Source of the DNA: Phyllobates terribilis
Taxonomy: Eukaryota
Assembly (NCBI RefSeq): GCF_046119375.1
Contig: NW_027362771.1
Coordinates: 544,794,001-544,858,000, forward strand
Direction of reading: 5' to 3'
DNA: 64,000 bases
Both the position numbers and the translations under genes were made by a program. This document shows, piece after piece, positions 1 through 11,419 of the stretch; within the stretch, counting starts at the first letter, position 1; every line of letters starts with the position of its first letter. Below the pieces are notes generated by a model, which worked only from the letters and a program-made list of their open reading frames with translations, did no database searches and had not been told where the DNA came from.

Positions 1-1443
1 AGGAGCGGAATTACCAGACCGTGTGGAAACAAGCGACTCAGGAGAAGTACAGGAACTTACAGAGGCAGCTCCAAGAGCATCTGAGGAAGCACGGGAAATG
101 AGTGCGGTGGAAGAAACTTCTGTGACCGAAGAACCCGTGGTCTCTGAGGAACAACCCACCAGGAGGATGTCGACTTGAGAAGTGAGGAGGCCTGTGATGC
201 TGACGAATGAGATACTTAGTGAACCGAGTCAAGTGCCAAGGACTGTCGACTGGAAACAGGTATCTCTGCCTGCGGACCAGGTAAGCTCACTTGAGTGGTA
301 TTGACCACAGAGAGGCAGTATGGAAGATGTTGCCTGGTGGAAAAACTTGTTTTCATGCTTTGATTTTCCTTAAAAGACTTTGTAGAAACAAAGAACTGTT
401 AAAGCATAGAAAGAGAGCTGGTTGAAGACGTACGAAAAGCTCCAGCTGAAGAGATGCTGATTGTTTTAATTGTGTTGTTTATTTCTTACAGGCATCCTAC
501 AAGAAAAAGGTCGTAAGATTAGGTTGTTATCGATGTTTATGAACGTTATACCAATTTCACAATGCCAATTTGTATATAAAGTTATCCAACTTTCATCACT
601 GTCTCAGAATTGGTCAGATTGACCAATTAAGACGAATGTCGAGGACGACATTCAAAAAGGAGGGAAGAGTGTGACATGCAGAAATAGTGCTGTTGCTTTA
701 AAAGCATTTAGCAAATATTAGAAGTAACACAAGCACATGAGACAGGAAGTGTTGTGCTCCAGAAGCATCCAGCAACTAGATGGGTTAACACAGTCACAGG
801 AGAAGGGGAGTGTTTTAGCAGAGCCCCAGGGGGATTGTGGGAAAGTTGTTTACTGTCTGGCCAGAGCCAAAGACAAAGGTGGCTTATGATCTGTATCTCA
901 CAGAAGGTAAGGGAACAGAATTCAGGTTAGGAGGGAAGCTAAACAAAGGTCAGTTAGACTCCCTGAGCTAACAGTGTGGAGTATTATCGGCCAGGAAGAT
1001 AAAGACTGGAAGGAAGCATGTCATAGAGATCATCTCCCTCATCACACCCTTCCCCCCCTCCATCTACATGCAGGATAAAGAATGCTGTGTACTATTGAGT
1101 CCTTGTGAAGGAAAAGCCTGTGGTTGTGTATGCATTAAAACTGTGCTGTACGGTGCTACCAGATAATAGACTGTGTACTGCTGTGCTGCAAAGGAGACTG
1201 TACTGTTATTACTGGAGCCTGTTGCTCAAAAAGACATTTGCATTGCACTGGCTGTACATCATTAAATGTTACTGTTCTACCGTTTATGAAGAATCTTGTC
1301 AGATGTGTCTGGTCAGCAACTGAATCTATTGTGTGCCTGAGAGAAGCTGCAGCCTATGGTCGCCCTAAGTAACGGTTCCCCCAGGGACGAATTCATGTAA
1401 CCGGTGTCGCCCCTATCTGAACTTATGCGGCGTACGTGTAACA
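1..1443 (+). mobile_element. 3' part of a Gypsy-type LTR retrotransposon: acidic pol tail, PPT and 3' LTR (670-1443)
   Basis: Purine tract aaaaaggagggaagag (~654-669) directly precedes TGTGACA (670). The LTR-like segment ends TGTAACA (1443), giving TG...CA inverted termini. Bases 1-180 read as a Glu-rich tail in one frame. Confidence 0.65.
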
Positions 1444-1637
1444 CAATGAAGGTGATCAATCAGTGGAACAGGAGGCCACGAGAGATGGCGATTTCTCCTT
1501 CAATGGAAGTCTTCACACAGAGGCTGGACAGACATCTGTCCGAGATGGTTTAGTGAATCCTGCATTGAGCAGGGGGTTCCACATGATGACCCTGGAGGTC
1601 CCTTCCAACTATAACATTCTACGATTCTATGATTCTA
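1444..1637 (+). mobile_element. CR1 LINE 3' end
   Basis: Typical CR1 3' UTR (ctggaggtcccttccaact) ending in ATTCTAYG repeats. A second copy lies at ~12815-12972. Confidence 0.8.
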
Positions 1638-1845
1638 CATGAAACTCTCCCAACTATGTCTTTATGGACCTTGTACACTGGGCACAGTCATGGGGAACAG
1701 AAAAGGGCCTTCTCCACACTGTTCCCTCAAAGTTATTCCCTATCCTATGTATAGGAGATAACTTTCAAACTTGAGAATACCCCTATAAGATTTCCCTTCA
1801 CCTGAAAACTAAGACCTGAACCCAGTTGATAATTATAATCTGTGA

Positions 1846-2190
1846 GTGACCTGAAGAGGGCGCTGTACACAGGAGATGCCCTCACAATCTAACAGACTTG
1901 GAGCTACTGCATGGAAGAGTGGGCAAAGATTGCCAAATCTAGATGTGCCATGCTGATAGACTCCTACCCTAAAAAACTTAATGATGTCATAAATTCAAAG
2001 AGTACTTCAACATAGTATTAGTTTCAGGGTGTGTTTATTTATGCAACCACATTATTTTACTTCTTTATTTTTATTTTTCCACCTGAAAAGATTTCAGTGT
2101 ATTTTTCAATTGGATTTTTTTTTGGAGTTCTGAAATGATTCTTCTTGGTGGAATATTTTTTAGATGACAAAAACTGTAGACATTTTATAT
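1846..2190 (+). mobile_element. Tc1 transposase C-terminal fragment with TIR remnant
   Basis: Degenerate translation DLKRA...LTDLEL..MEEWAKIAKSRCAMLIDSYPK resembles the Tc1 C-terminus. Confidence 0.6.
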
Positions 2191-2650
2191 CTACTGTAAT
2201 GTACATCTATATTTAATCCATTTAGATAGAGGACACATTTTTGCTTTGCTTAATTCTTTGACAGAATAGCCAAGAACTCTCCTTTGTTTCCATGATGCGG
2301 CAATGTACATGCTTGACCTCCATTCTGTTTCATTCCATTCAGAGCTGATGAATATTATTGACTGGAGTACCCCTTTAAAAACTATTTTATTGCTTTATAT
2401 TCAGTTTTGTTTTTCCAGGGAAGTGTAAGAATTCAGGAGGAAGTAGTCTCTAAAAAAGCAACTTTTTCCTACTTTTAGAATAAAGTTGACAAACAGTCTA
2501 ATATCAAATAAATATAATCTAAATCACTCACCACCTATTTCATAAACTATATTGCTCTAAAAAGCTATGATGACATGGAACTTCTCCTGTGAAATCATCT
2601 ACTTTTAGATTTATTTGGCATATTAACAGCTTTAAAAATATTTTTTCAAG

Positions 2651-2750
2651 GTTCACATTACCCCAACAGCCTGAGATACAAGTTTAATTTCATAGCTGAC
2701 GTGGTGCAGAAGATCGCTCCTGCCGTTGTCCATCTGGAACTCTTTAGAAG
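2651..2750 (+). CDS. htra4: HTRA4 serine protease exon 2
   Basis: ag|[33 protein letters not shown]|gt; 100 bp, phase 1 to phase 2, as expected for HTRA-family exon 2. Confidence 0.9.
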
Positions 2751-3000
2751 GTAATCATCAAGACCTGAGTTTCATGGGTGAGATCCAATTAGGAGTTGAC
2801 TAGTTCACATTTATAAGAAGCCAACCAATAAATTGGGCTTTTTTTTTTTTTATTAAGGCTAACACTAGAAATAGACTCAAAGATATACCAACTTCTTTGT
2901 AGACGTAGTCATCTTTAAAAAAAAAAAAGGTTAACCGTCGTTTTCATTTTTATTTATGCAAAAATCAATAGTACGCATAAAAATAAGAAACTTTTTAATA

Positions 3001-3341
3001 CATCTTATCAGAGAAATCTGCTTCTATCTCCTCTTGGATTGATTGTTCTCTCTCAATTAATGGATAAAATTTGTATTCAGTGAAGACAGATTTTATTTCG
3101 TTGCTGAGATAAAAGATGACAGTTGGTGCTTATAAAATTCAATGGAGAGGGGAGTAGCTAGAGGCCGACACAGACTTTCTACTGCAAGTTTCATAGAGTT
3201 TTCTGAGCACCAACTGTCATCTCCCTTCTCACTAATGGGAAAATCTGTTTTCACTGAATATCTATTTTAGAGATTTTATCCATTATTTGAGAATAAAAGA
3301 TCAGTCCAAGAGGAGAAAGAAGCAGATTTGTCTGATAAGAT
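3001..3341. mobile_element. Fold-back MITE
   Basis: Long imperfect inverted arms: tcttatcagagaaatctgcttc ... gaagcagatttgtctgataaga. Confidence 0.7.
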
Positions 3342-3587
3342 ATAGTACAAAGTTTCTTATTTTCATGTGTACTATTGCTTTATGAACAAAAAAAATAATT
3401 AAAATGACGTTCCACGCTCCCATCGGCGCACGTCTGTGACACGCCAATGAGTTGTCATGACAGCCAAGGGTCTGCTGAAGACCCCCGTACCTGTCATTAT
3501 TATCCTCCTGTTCTTACCGGCTCGTGGCTGGCGTTCATAGCAGATCATGATTTTAGCTATACATAGCAGTGCATCAGTGAGCAGGAG

Positions 3588-5320
3588 ACCAGGACTCACA
3601 GGCTTTCTCGATATCTGAGCAGGACTCACAGGCTTTCTCTATGTGTGGGAGGGGGTAGTAGGATTCACAGGCTTTCTCTAAGTCTGAGCAGAAGAACAGG
3701 ACTCACAGGCTTTCTCTATGTGTGGGCGGAGGTAGTAGGACTCACAGGCTTTCTCTATGTGTGGGCGGGGGTAATAGGACTCACAGGCTTTCTCTATGTG
3801 TGGGCCGGGGTAGTAGGACTCACAGGCTTTCTCAATGTATGGGCAGGAGAACAGGACTCACAGGCTTTCTCTATGTGTGGGTAGGGGTAGTAGGACTCAC
3901 AGGCTTTCTCAATGTCTGGGCAGGAGAGCAGGACTCACAGGCTTTCTCAAATGTGTGGGCAGGGGTAGTAGGACCACAGATTGTTCTGTGTGTGGGCGGG
4001 GGTAGTAGGACCACAGATTGTTCTATGTGTGGGCAGGGGTAGTAGGACCACAGATTGCTCTGTGTGGGCGGGGGGTAGTAGGACCACAGATTGTTCTATG
4101 TGTGGGCAGGGGTAGTAGGACCAAAGATTGTTCTGTGTGGGCGGGGGTAGTAGGACCACAGATTGTTCTATGTGTGGGCGGGGGTAGTAGGACCACAGAT
4201 TGTTCTATGTGTGGGCGGGGGTAGTAGGGCCACAGATTGTTCTATGTGTGGGCGGGGGTAGTAGGACCACAGATTGTTCTGTGTGGGCGGGGGTAGTAGG
4301 ACCACAGATTGTTCTATGTGTGGGCGGGGGTAGTAGGATCACAGATTGTTCAGTGTGGGCGGGGGTAGTAGGACCACAGATTGTTCTATGTGTGGGCGGG
4401 GGTAGTAGGACCACAGATTGTTCTGTGTGGGCGGGGGTAGTAGGACCACAGATTGTTCTGTGTGTGGGCGGGGGTAGTAGGACCACAGATTGTTCTATGT
4501 GTGGGCGGGGGTAGTAGGACCACAGATTGTTCTATGTGTGGGCGGGGGTAGTAGGACCACAGATTGTTCTATGTGTGGGCGGGGGTAGTAGGACCACAGA
4601 TTGTTCTGTGTGGGCGGGGGTAGTAGGACCACAGATTGTTCTGTGTGGGCGGGGGTAGTAGGACCACAGATTGTTCTATGTGTGGGCGGGGGTAGTAGGA
4701 CCACAGATTGTTCTATGTGTGGGCGGGGGTAGTAGGACCACAGATTGTTCTGTGTGGGCGGGGGTAGTAGGACCACAGATTGTTCTGTGTGTGGGCGGGG
4801 GTAGTAGGACCACAGATTGTTCTATGTGTGGGCGGGGGTAGTAGGACCACAGATTGTTCTATGTGTGGGCGGGGGTAGTAGGACCACAGATTGTTCTATG
4901 TGTGGGCGGGGGTAGTAGGACCACAGATTGTTCTGTGTGGGCGGGGGTAGTAGGACCACAGATTGTTCTGTGTGTGGGCGGGGGTAGTAGGACCACAGAT
5001 TGTTCTATGTGTGGGCGGGGGTAGTAGGACCACAGATTGTTCTATGTGTGGGCGGGGGTAGTAGGACCACAGATTGTTCTATGTGTGGGCGGGGGTAGTA
5101 GGACCACAGATTGTTCTGTGTGGGCGGGGGGTAGTAGGACCACAGATTGTTCTATGTGTGGGCAGGGGTAGTAGGACCACAGATTGTTCTATGTGTGGGC
5201 AGGGGTAGTAGGACCACAGATTGTTCTATGTGTGGGCGGGGGTAGTAGGACCACAGATTGTTCTATGTGTGGGCGGGGGTAGTAGGACCACAGATTGTTC
5301 TATGTGTGGGTAGGGGTAGT
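3588..5320. repeat. G-rich minisatellite, 35-38 bp units, in HTRA4 intron 2
   Basis: Units ggactcacaggctttctctatgtgtgggcgggggtagta to ~3960, then ggaccacagattgttctatgtgtgggcgggggtagta. Confidence 0.95.
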
Positions 5321-5577
5321 AGCCCATACTCTGTGGTGTGAGTGGTAAATCGGGACTTACCGACTTTGTAATCAAGGAATTAATCAATCTAATGAAGAAA
5401 TTCTTGTTAATAAGAAGCCAGGACCTGTGCGCCAGGTGCTGGGAGTCAGGGAAATAGGAGGAATGCCAAAAAGGCACCTTGCCTTGGCCAGGCCATGGAC
5501 AGTTCAGCCACAAGACTGGATAATAGGTGAATTGTGCTCCTATAACACGTAATATAACCGGTGTTTTCTTGCTGTAG

Positions 5578-5782
5578 GTCTCCGTTCACTGGCCAGGAGA
5601 TGGCCGTGTCCAGCGGCTCAGGATTTATTGTGTCTGAGGATGGACTAATCGTAACAAACGCACATGTTCTCACCAACAAGCAGAGGATTAAAGTAGAAGT
5701 AAAAAACGGGGCTCATTACGATGCCAAGATCAAAGACATTGACCAGAAGTTGGATATCGCACTTATTAAGATTGACCCAGAT
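5578..5782 (+). CDS. htra4: HTRA4 exon 3 (catalytic His and Asp)
   Basis: [68 protein letters not shown]; 205 bp; ag/gt boundaries. Confidence 0.95.
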
Positions 5783-6209
5783 GTAAGTACCAGAGACCGG
5801 CCTGTTATCCCACTAATAATAGGGCAATTAAAAAGAACGGAATGGGCCGACGGTTACTTCCGTATTCCTATACACCCTACCATGGAACCCCTAAGTGTGC
5901 GTGTGGTTTTGGGAACTTGTTGCTTGCCTCTTTTTAGGCCACAAATGGTAAGATGGAATGGGGGCCTTAACTACCTTAATTTCATGCGATGAATCATGGA
6001 TGCCAACAACCATTTTAAAAAAAAGTTAAAAACAGCTTTACTTGAAGTCTTGAAAAAGTTTCCCAACATCTGGTATATGGCATGTATTTCTTTAACCATT
6101 TCTTCCGCATAAGGCAGAGGCCCATATCTTCGTTTTTGTCATGCATGTGTAGTAGTGGGGAAGGAAGTAGCTTCCCTCTGGCATCAAAAGGGTTAAAGAG
6201 TATGTTCCC

Positions 6210-7513
6210 CAGGGCCGGCGTCAGCACCCCGCACACCCGGGCAAGTGCCGGGGCCCTGAGCAGGCGGGGGGGCCCACTCACCGTCGGGGACCCCGGCGCG
6301 CTATGGGACCTGTGAGCGGTGTGGTGCCAGTGTCAGCGCCCGCTCTCCCCTCTTTACACCGCGCTCTGTCTTGAGCCGTCACAGGCAGCGCAGAGCGGGA
6401 AGACACCGGCGCGGGTGAGGGGCCCAGGGGCCCGGAGCAGCGGCAGCAGGTGAGAAGTTAGGTGAGTATTTGATTTTTTTTTTTTATATGTATGGAGGCA
6501 TGGGGCTTTATATGGTGGGCGAAAACAAGTGACATCCTGCATGGGGCATTATATGGGGGGGGGGACAAGTGACATCCTGCATGGGGCATTATATGGGGGG
6601 GAACAAGTGACATCCTGCATGGGGCATTATATGGGGGTGGAGAGGTGACATCCTGCATGGGGCATTATATGGGGGGGGAGTGGTGACATCCTGCATAGGG
6701 CATTATATGGGGGGAGAGGTGACATCCTGTATAGGGCATTATATGGGGGAGAGGTGACATCCTGCACGGGGCATTATAAGGGGGGGAGAGGTGACATCCT
6801 GCATTGGGCATTATATGGGGGGGAGAGGTGACATCCTGCATGGAGCATTGTATGGGGGGGGACAAGTGACATCCTGCATGGGGCATTATATGGGGGGGGG
6901 AGGTGACATCCTGGATGGGGCATTATATGGGGGGGAGAGGTGACATCCTGCATGGGGCATTATATGAGGGGGAGAGGTGACATCCTGCATGGGGCATTAT
7001 ATGGGGTGGAGAGGTGACATCCTGCGTGGGGCCATTATAAGGGGGGGTGACATCCTGCATGGGGCATTATGTGGGGGCCAGTATTCTGTATGGAGCGTTA
7101 TAAAATGGCCAGTATCCTCTATGGAGCGTTATATGGGGGCCAGTATCCTATATGGAGCATTACATGGGGACCAGTATCCTGTATGGAGCATTATATGAGG
7201 ACCAGTATGCTGTATGGAGCGTTATATGGGGACCAGTATTCTTCATGGAGCCATATATGGGGCCCATAATACTGTATGGAGGACTATACTGTCCGGTCTG
7301 CACTGTGCGTTGAAAGAATTCCCCAGTTTCTGAGCAATTGTAGAATTTACAATAGATATAGCTCATGTAATGTAAGAAGTGAAATCTTCGGTATTGTACT
7401 ATATATATCTATATTTCTCTGCTGTATCTGTGCATCATGAATCGTGGTATGTGTTAAAGGGGCCCACTGAGACTCTTTCGCCCAGGGCCCACAAAAACCT
7501 GGTGCCGGCCCTG
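6210..7513. mobile_element. Non-autonomous hAT-like element with internal minisatellites
   Basis: TIR CAGGGCCGGC...GCCGGCCCTG; flanks atgttccc/atattcca (6/8, degenerate 8-bp TSD). Internal ~36-bp array at ~6505-7075 and ~30-bp array at ~7075-7270. Confidence 0.75.
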
Positions 7514-7570
7514 ATATTCCAGACGGTTAGATCTGTCTGGGCTGCAGTTAGGTCCCCTTAAGGGGTTAGT

Positions 7571-8790
7571 TGTGATAATCCAGCCCAGTAGAGTAAAGGG
7601 GAACCCAGTGCTATGGTTGGCCACAGGATGTGAATAAATGCTCTGTCCCTGATGTGTTTCCTTGTGGGCTGTAGTATTGGTAACCAGCCACAAGATACCG
7701 CTGTCTCGGGTGCAGATGACAGGTTAAGTCTGCCAGTAGTATTGCAGACATGAAGGACAGTGAAGGGGTTAATTGTGTGATGACAGCCCATAGAGGGTGG
7801 GCACATTAGGAAAATCTTTGGTTAGGTTCCAGAACCAGGAAGTGAGAGTTCAGTGTTGTGTGGTAACTGAGACAGGCCAGACAGGCTCCGTATCTCAGAC
7901 AGCAGATCACCAGAGAGAAGAATCCCTCCACAAGAGTCCCCTTAGCCAGCCTGGGAAACTCAAGAGAGCCATTGAGGACCCGGGGACACATTCTGTCTGC
8001 GGGCTGCAGAAGAAGTCAGGACTCAAAGATGTGTGGAGAACTAGGATCCGGATATACTGACATTGGTGAGGAAGATTCTCTAGGACTAGAGAATAAGGCA
8101 ACAGAGATGCTTCACTTAAAGAGAGAACCAGAGCTGAAGTTGTATCCAGTACCTGTGGGAAAGATGACAACCCGTTGAGCCTTATCCATTATATCTGCCA
8201 GTAAATATTGTACATATTCCTCTTCCCCAAGTAAAGTCCCAGTTATGGTTATGAACCTCGTGTCCTCTGAATTTATTGCTGCCCTGGTTCCAGAAGAGAA
8301 ATGCCTGGAGACAGACGTGACCGACTGGTCTGAAGTAAGTGGAAAGTACCACATACACTGCAGCACATCAGAGGGAGTACACACCTTGTCTGTAGGGTGC
8401 CAGAGTGAGCAGGGGCCACAGATTGCCCACGACTACCTCGCTGGGGCACCTTACACACGCACGTGGCACACATGGTTTGTGGACCCACTGTGCCACGGGG
8501 CCAGGCTTACCTAGGAGGGGTGTGGCTAAGCAGCTACCAGGTGTTCACTGGAGCTCCTGATGGTGGAGTCAGGCTTGAGCTGCAGGTAGCCGCCACTCCT
8601 AGGCAGTCCCTGGTACTGCAGCTGCTGACCCCAGGGGTCAGTTTTGCCGATACTGTCGGTACGGCTTCAGGTACTGCCGAGGTGGCTTCAGGGTTCAGGT
8701 TCCACCGGTGTGGCTTCAGGGTTCAGGTACTGCTAGGACGGCTTCAGGGTTCAGGTACCGCCGGTGCAGCTTCAGGGTTTAGGTACTATT
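7571..8790. mobile_element. Possible LTR-derived remnants
   Basis: TGTGA-starting non-coding block with LTR-like composition and a short cttcagggttcaggtac repeat at ~8660-8790. No TSD found. Confidence 0.3.
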
Positions 8791-9424
8791 TGATGTGCAG
8801 ATCTTAGATTATTTTCTCATGCCGGTCCGGCATGAGAAAACAATTGCAGCATGTGGCTCCAATATTCGGATCACGCGCACCCATACCCGTCTATGGGGGC
8901 ATGTGAAACATCGGACTGCACTCAGATTTCAACTGAGTGCAGTCCTATGTACTCAAACAGAGACAATGGAAAAGATGGACCACTCCAGGCCACTCCGTGC
9001 AGTGCGATGTGATCCTTGTACGAGCTATACGGCCGTCTTTCTGCGCCCTTCCACTAGCAAACTGGTAGGCTGCACCAAAATTCATAAGAGGAGCCTAGGG
9101 AAAAAAAAGCACCATGGCTTCTTGTGTGGCTTCCACTTAAGGAACCAATCTGCATAAAAAGGAAAGTCATTTATAGATACATTATATAACTTGGCTTGTG
9201 CAGAACATGAATTATAGCTTGTATTATACTCCAGAGCTGCACTCACAATTCTGCTGATTGTCACCAAAAACTTTATCAGACACATCCCTAGCTGCTTGGC
9301 TGATATCCTATAATGAAAAAAGGCTGTTAGATTTTTTGGTTCCTATATTAGATTATTGTACAGTTCACGGTTTAAGACTGCACTCGACACATGGTAAATC
9401 CTGAGAGTAAGTTCTGTACAGACC

Positions 9425-9770
9425 TTAAAGGGGCACTCTCGTTTCATTTAATCTTCTGCCTTAGTCAAACAAAACTCACCATCCCTGTGTACACCGGCGA
9501 GTCTCTGTCGCAGCTCCGGGAGTCTTGCATTGGCTGCACAGTTGACATTGCGGCACTAACTCAGTAAGTTCAGTGGCTCAGCCAGTGTGCACGGACTGCC
9601 CCGCTCAGAGCCACCGGCCACAGAGCTAACGACGAGTTATCAACGCTGCAGCGAATACCAGACATTGACTGCAGTAATGGAGACTCAGGGGTGGACCTAA
9701 GAAGGGTGAATACGGGATGGTAAACTGAGGCTGGTGACAAAGATTAACTGAAAAGGGACAATCCCTTTAA
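9425..9770. mobile_element. T2/Kolobok-type MITE
   Basis: TTAA-AGGG...CCCT-TTAA termini. Confidence 0.7.
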
Positions 9771-10596
9771 GCCAGGAGAGATTTTTGTGATTTCAGCTCT
9801 GAAGTTTATGGAATTGTAAAACCTTCTTTGGAATTTATTACAAGCTGTAATGAGTCTCTAATGCTGAGCTGATCCAATCACTTGACCGCTACAGCCAATC
9901 ACAAGCTTTGGCAGTCAGGTGACCTAAGAAAATCGATTCCACCACCACCAGTGTTGCCTTCGCTGGATCCACTGGTGTTTAGAGCAGATCTGTATGCCTC
10001 ATTTTATTGCTTTAAAAACATCTCTGTGGTTTGTACATTTTTTTATGCATTTAAGACATGCTAGGAACTATAATAAAGGAATTTACCTGTCCCCCTTTTA
10101 CCTCCCCTTCAAAAAAAAAAAAAAGTAACCTGCATTGTAAAGTAAATTATATAACTTTAACAACTCATATAGGACACTGCTCCCGTGATGTATATGAAGG
10201 GGGCTGGCTGACTACTTATTCTAACAGCAAAGCCATCCCCCTCCTCTATCACAGCCGATACATGGACAGATAAGGGGCTGACTTAGCTATTGAAATCAAG
10301 ACTGACGGCACAACAGGAGTCCAGTGGGTTGGCCATTTTCTCAGTTGAATTGTTTTTTTTTGTATTTTCTTTCTTACTGTCAATGAATATAAGTTATATC
10401 CTATTCGTTTAGGATTGGCCCTCAATGTGTGAACGGTGTGGTCCAGGCCTCCGAGAGTTCAGCTGAACGAGGGGCCATAGTGCCTATTGACCTCCTTATT
10501 GTGATCCCGGCACAGCATTGCACCACTACATATGTGCCAGATACTGTAGCTCATCCCATTAGAAGCCTCATTAAACGGTAAAATCCCCTTTTACAG

Positions 10597-10791
10597 GCTC
10601 CACTTCCAGTCCTCATGCTGGGCCGATCGTCTGACCTTCGGCCTGGAGAATTTGTGGTCGCGCTCGGCAGCCCGTTCTCTCTACAGAACACTGTGACCAC
10701 CGGGATTATCAGCACAACCCAACGAGGAGGGAAGGAACTAGGTCTGAAAGATTCCGACATGGATTACATCCAGACAGACGCCATCATTAAT
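10597..10791 (+). CDS. htra4: HTRA4 exon 4
   Basis: [65 protein letters not shown]; 195 bp; ag/gt boundaries. Confidence 0.95.
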
Positions 10792-10826
10792 GTGAGTCTT
10801 CGGCTGCTCTATGAATTATATATGAA

Positions 10827-11257
10827 TAAATCTAGAAATGGGAATAAGAATGTGATACCCTATGGAGGGAGAGCGGGAGATCGCTGGTTACACTCACCTG
10901 GTGGAGATGTCACAGGCACAACTCCTACGTAGGCATGAAGAAAACCAGCAGCTGCCCCATGGCTGGTGGATAAATCCTCCAAGAGATATTGGATCCGGTC
11001 GGATGAACACGAAGGAGGGCTGCGCTGCTGGAGTAAATCAATTCTTTTGAAATGATTAGAATAAGATTTTTTATTCACGACGTGTTTCAATCTTTATAAA
11101 GTGAAAAAAAACAAGACCAAATTTAGATGTTTTTTCACGCCGCTACGGTGTTGAAACGCTTTGTGAATGAAAAAAAACCTTATTCTCATCATCATTTCTG
11201 AAGAATTGATTTACTCCAGCAGCGCAGCCCACCTACGTGTTCATCCAACTGGATCCA
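10827..11257. mobile_element. Penelope-like fold-back insertion with degenerate hammerhead remnants
   Basis: Inverted arms 10990-11257 with GAAAC-like motifs pointing outward from the centre. The left boundary is approximate. Confidence 0.5.
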
Positions 11258-11332
11258 TGAATGTGTGTATGGTGGTCTTTACCTGATTAGAGAGTGTGTC
11301 ATTAATAGTCATTATTTTCTTTCTTTTATCAG

Positions 11333-11365
11333 TATGGAAACTCTGGGGGACCGTTGGTGAACCTG
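11333..11365 (+). CDS. htra4: HTRA4 exon 5 (33-bp micro-exon with catalytic Ser)
   Basis: ag|TATGGAAACTCTGGGGGACCGTTGGTGAACCTG|gt = YGNSGGPLVNL. Confidence 0.95.
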
Positions 11366-11419
11366 GTGAGTCGTCACTGCGACCTTATTAACAATGACAT
11401 TGATATTACTGATTTATGC

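Noticed and set aside
3588-5320. Regular repeat arrays resembling CRISPR (also 55568-57692)
   Set aside because: Head-to-tail units with no unique spacers, no cas genes, and vertebrate intronic context.
5561-5992. 143-aa ORF as a stand-alone protease gene (likewise 10615-10932, 23947-24222, 54167-54520)
   Set aside because: Similarity stops at canonical GT/AG sites; the remainder is intron read-through.
7571-8460. Solo LTR call with defined ends
   Set aside because: No matching TSD found at any candidate CA end; kept only as a low-confidence remnant.
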